DNA of 32,000 nt from Candidatus Saccharimonadota bacterium (GTDB lineage: Bacteria; Patescibacteriota; Saccharimonadia; Saccharimonadales; Saccharimonadaceae), in assembly GCA_001029695.1 (NCBI GenBank), contig CP011211.1, positions 690,001 to 722,000 on the forward strand, in the 5' to 3' direction. A program made the translations under genes and the position numbers. Each line of letters begins with the position of its first letter. Within the stretch, counting starts at the first letter, position 1. Below are positions 31,311 to 32,000 of this stretch, one piece after another. The notes beneath the pieces were generated by a model, which did not search any database, was not told where the DNA came from, and saw only the letters and a list, made by a program, of their open reading frames with translations.

Positions 31311-31748
31311 ATGAGTACTATATTTTCTGGATTTGATATTCGTGGTCGCCTCGGCGAGTCGATGACAACTGAAGACGCATGGACGCTCGGTAAGGCCTTT
31401 GCAGACTGGCTCCCCGAAGATGGTCGTGTCGTTGTAGTCGCGAGCTCCACAGCAAACGCAACAATACTAAAAGCAGTTACCGAAGGGCTTCGATTGCAAG
31501 GTAGGGATGTTATAGATGGTGGTCAAGGCGATGCTCAGACCGTCATTCAGATTAGCGTTGGCTCAAAAACCGCTGGCGGAATCCTGGTTAGCCACGATGA
31601 TTTACAAGACCTAGAGACGATTGAACTCTACGAAGCAAATGCCGTACTTATTACGAGTGAAAATGGTCTTTCAGAAATCTCTTCACTTGTCGAAGCAGGA
31701 AACTTTGTTCCCGCAGCGGTCAAGGGTGAGTTAACCTCGATCATATAG
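31311..31748 (+). CDS. stand-alone phosphohexomutase (PGM/PMM) domain-I-like protein, active-site loop degenerate
   Basis: 145 aa. The N-terminus IFSGFDIRGRLGESMTTEDAWTLGKAFADWL resembles the PGM_PMM_I start (F..YDIRG). The loop GGILVSHDD occupies the position of the canonical TASHNP phosphoserine loop. Domains II-IV are absent. Confidence 0.5.
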   Translation: MSTIFSGFDIRGRLGESMTTEDAWTLGKAFADWLPEDGRVVVVASSTANATILKAVTEGLRLQGRDVIDGGQGDAQTVIQISVGSKTAGGILVSHDDLQDLETIELYEANAVLITSENGLSEISSLVEAGNFVPAAVKGELTSII

Positions 31749-31753
31749 AAAAG

Positions 31754-31801
31754 CTGGTTTTACACAGAGCCGCCGTAGCGTAACTCTATGTAAAACCAGC
31801 C
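31754..31801. terminator. bidirectional hairpin between convergent genes
   Basis: 12-bp perfect stem GCTGGTTTTACA / TGTAAAACCAGC with a 24-nt loop. Confidence 0.45.
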
Positions 31802-31808
31802 GATGTAA

Positions 31809-32000
31809 CTATCTACTCGTGGACGAGATGATGATTGTAGCACGCCTTTCTGCTCGTAATTCTGGCTTACCTAGAATGATTGCAATGAGGTCTCCTTCTG
31901 TAGTTTTCCCTATACGAGTTGGCGAATCGTCTACATCCACAAATCGTGCTTCAATCGGAGTAGGGTTGTCACCTTTGATGGGAATGGATACGGATGTACC
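31809..32000 (-). CDS. C-terminal fragment of an unidentified protein (gene continues beyond window)
   Basis: Own translation of the minus strand gives ...GTSVSIPIKGDNPTPIEARFVDVDDSPTRIGKTTEGDLIAIILGKPELRAERRATIIISSTSR*. It is open to the window edge and is followed by the hairpin at 31754-31801. Confidence 0.4.
   Translation of the reverse strand, partial: GTSVSIPIKGDNPTPIEARFVDVDDSPTRIGKTTEGDLIAIILGKPELRAERRATIIISSTSR

Overview
The window reads as small-genome, Gram-positive-like bacterial chromosome. Gene content suggests a Patescibacteria/Saccharibacteria-type (CPR) organism, but that is inference only. Housekeeping genes: valS, tsaD, rlmH, a HIT hydrolase, hsp20, comFC, a P-type ATPase, a murE-like Mur ligase, two FemAB-family peptidoglycan-bridge transferases, three tRNA-Ser isoacceptors and one tRNA-Arg.

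The main feature is at about 1.0-10.7 kb. A minus-strand pair encodes a 927-aa Cys-containing bitopic protein and a 676-aa VirB6/TrbL-like polytopic membrane protein with a roughly 300-aa low-complexity tail. It diverges from a tandem array of seven small secreted proteins that all end in the same two-TM hairpin module (VirB2/TrbC-like 'T4SS pilin' architecture). An eighth paralog sits at 15.05-15.46 kb. Two array members carry large Cys-rich ectodomains. No secretion ATPase is visible anywhere in the 32 kb.

Other features:
- Two type IV (prepilin) pilin genes share an 83-nt perfect repeat.
- A phage-tail-fibre-like beta-helix protein.
- Two compact unannotated micro-gene units, each with promoter, SD, small ORF(s) and terminator.
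- A recurring extended -10 element placed 6-10 nt from start codons, implying leaderless mRNAs.
- A duplicated TTCACGTGAAAA palindrome in the valS leader.

No CRISPR array, transposase, integrase or rRNA was seen. All domain calls rest on motifs read by eye; no searches were run.
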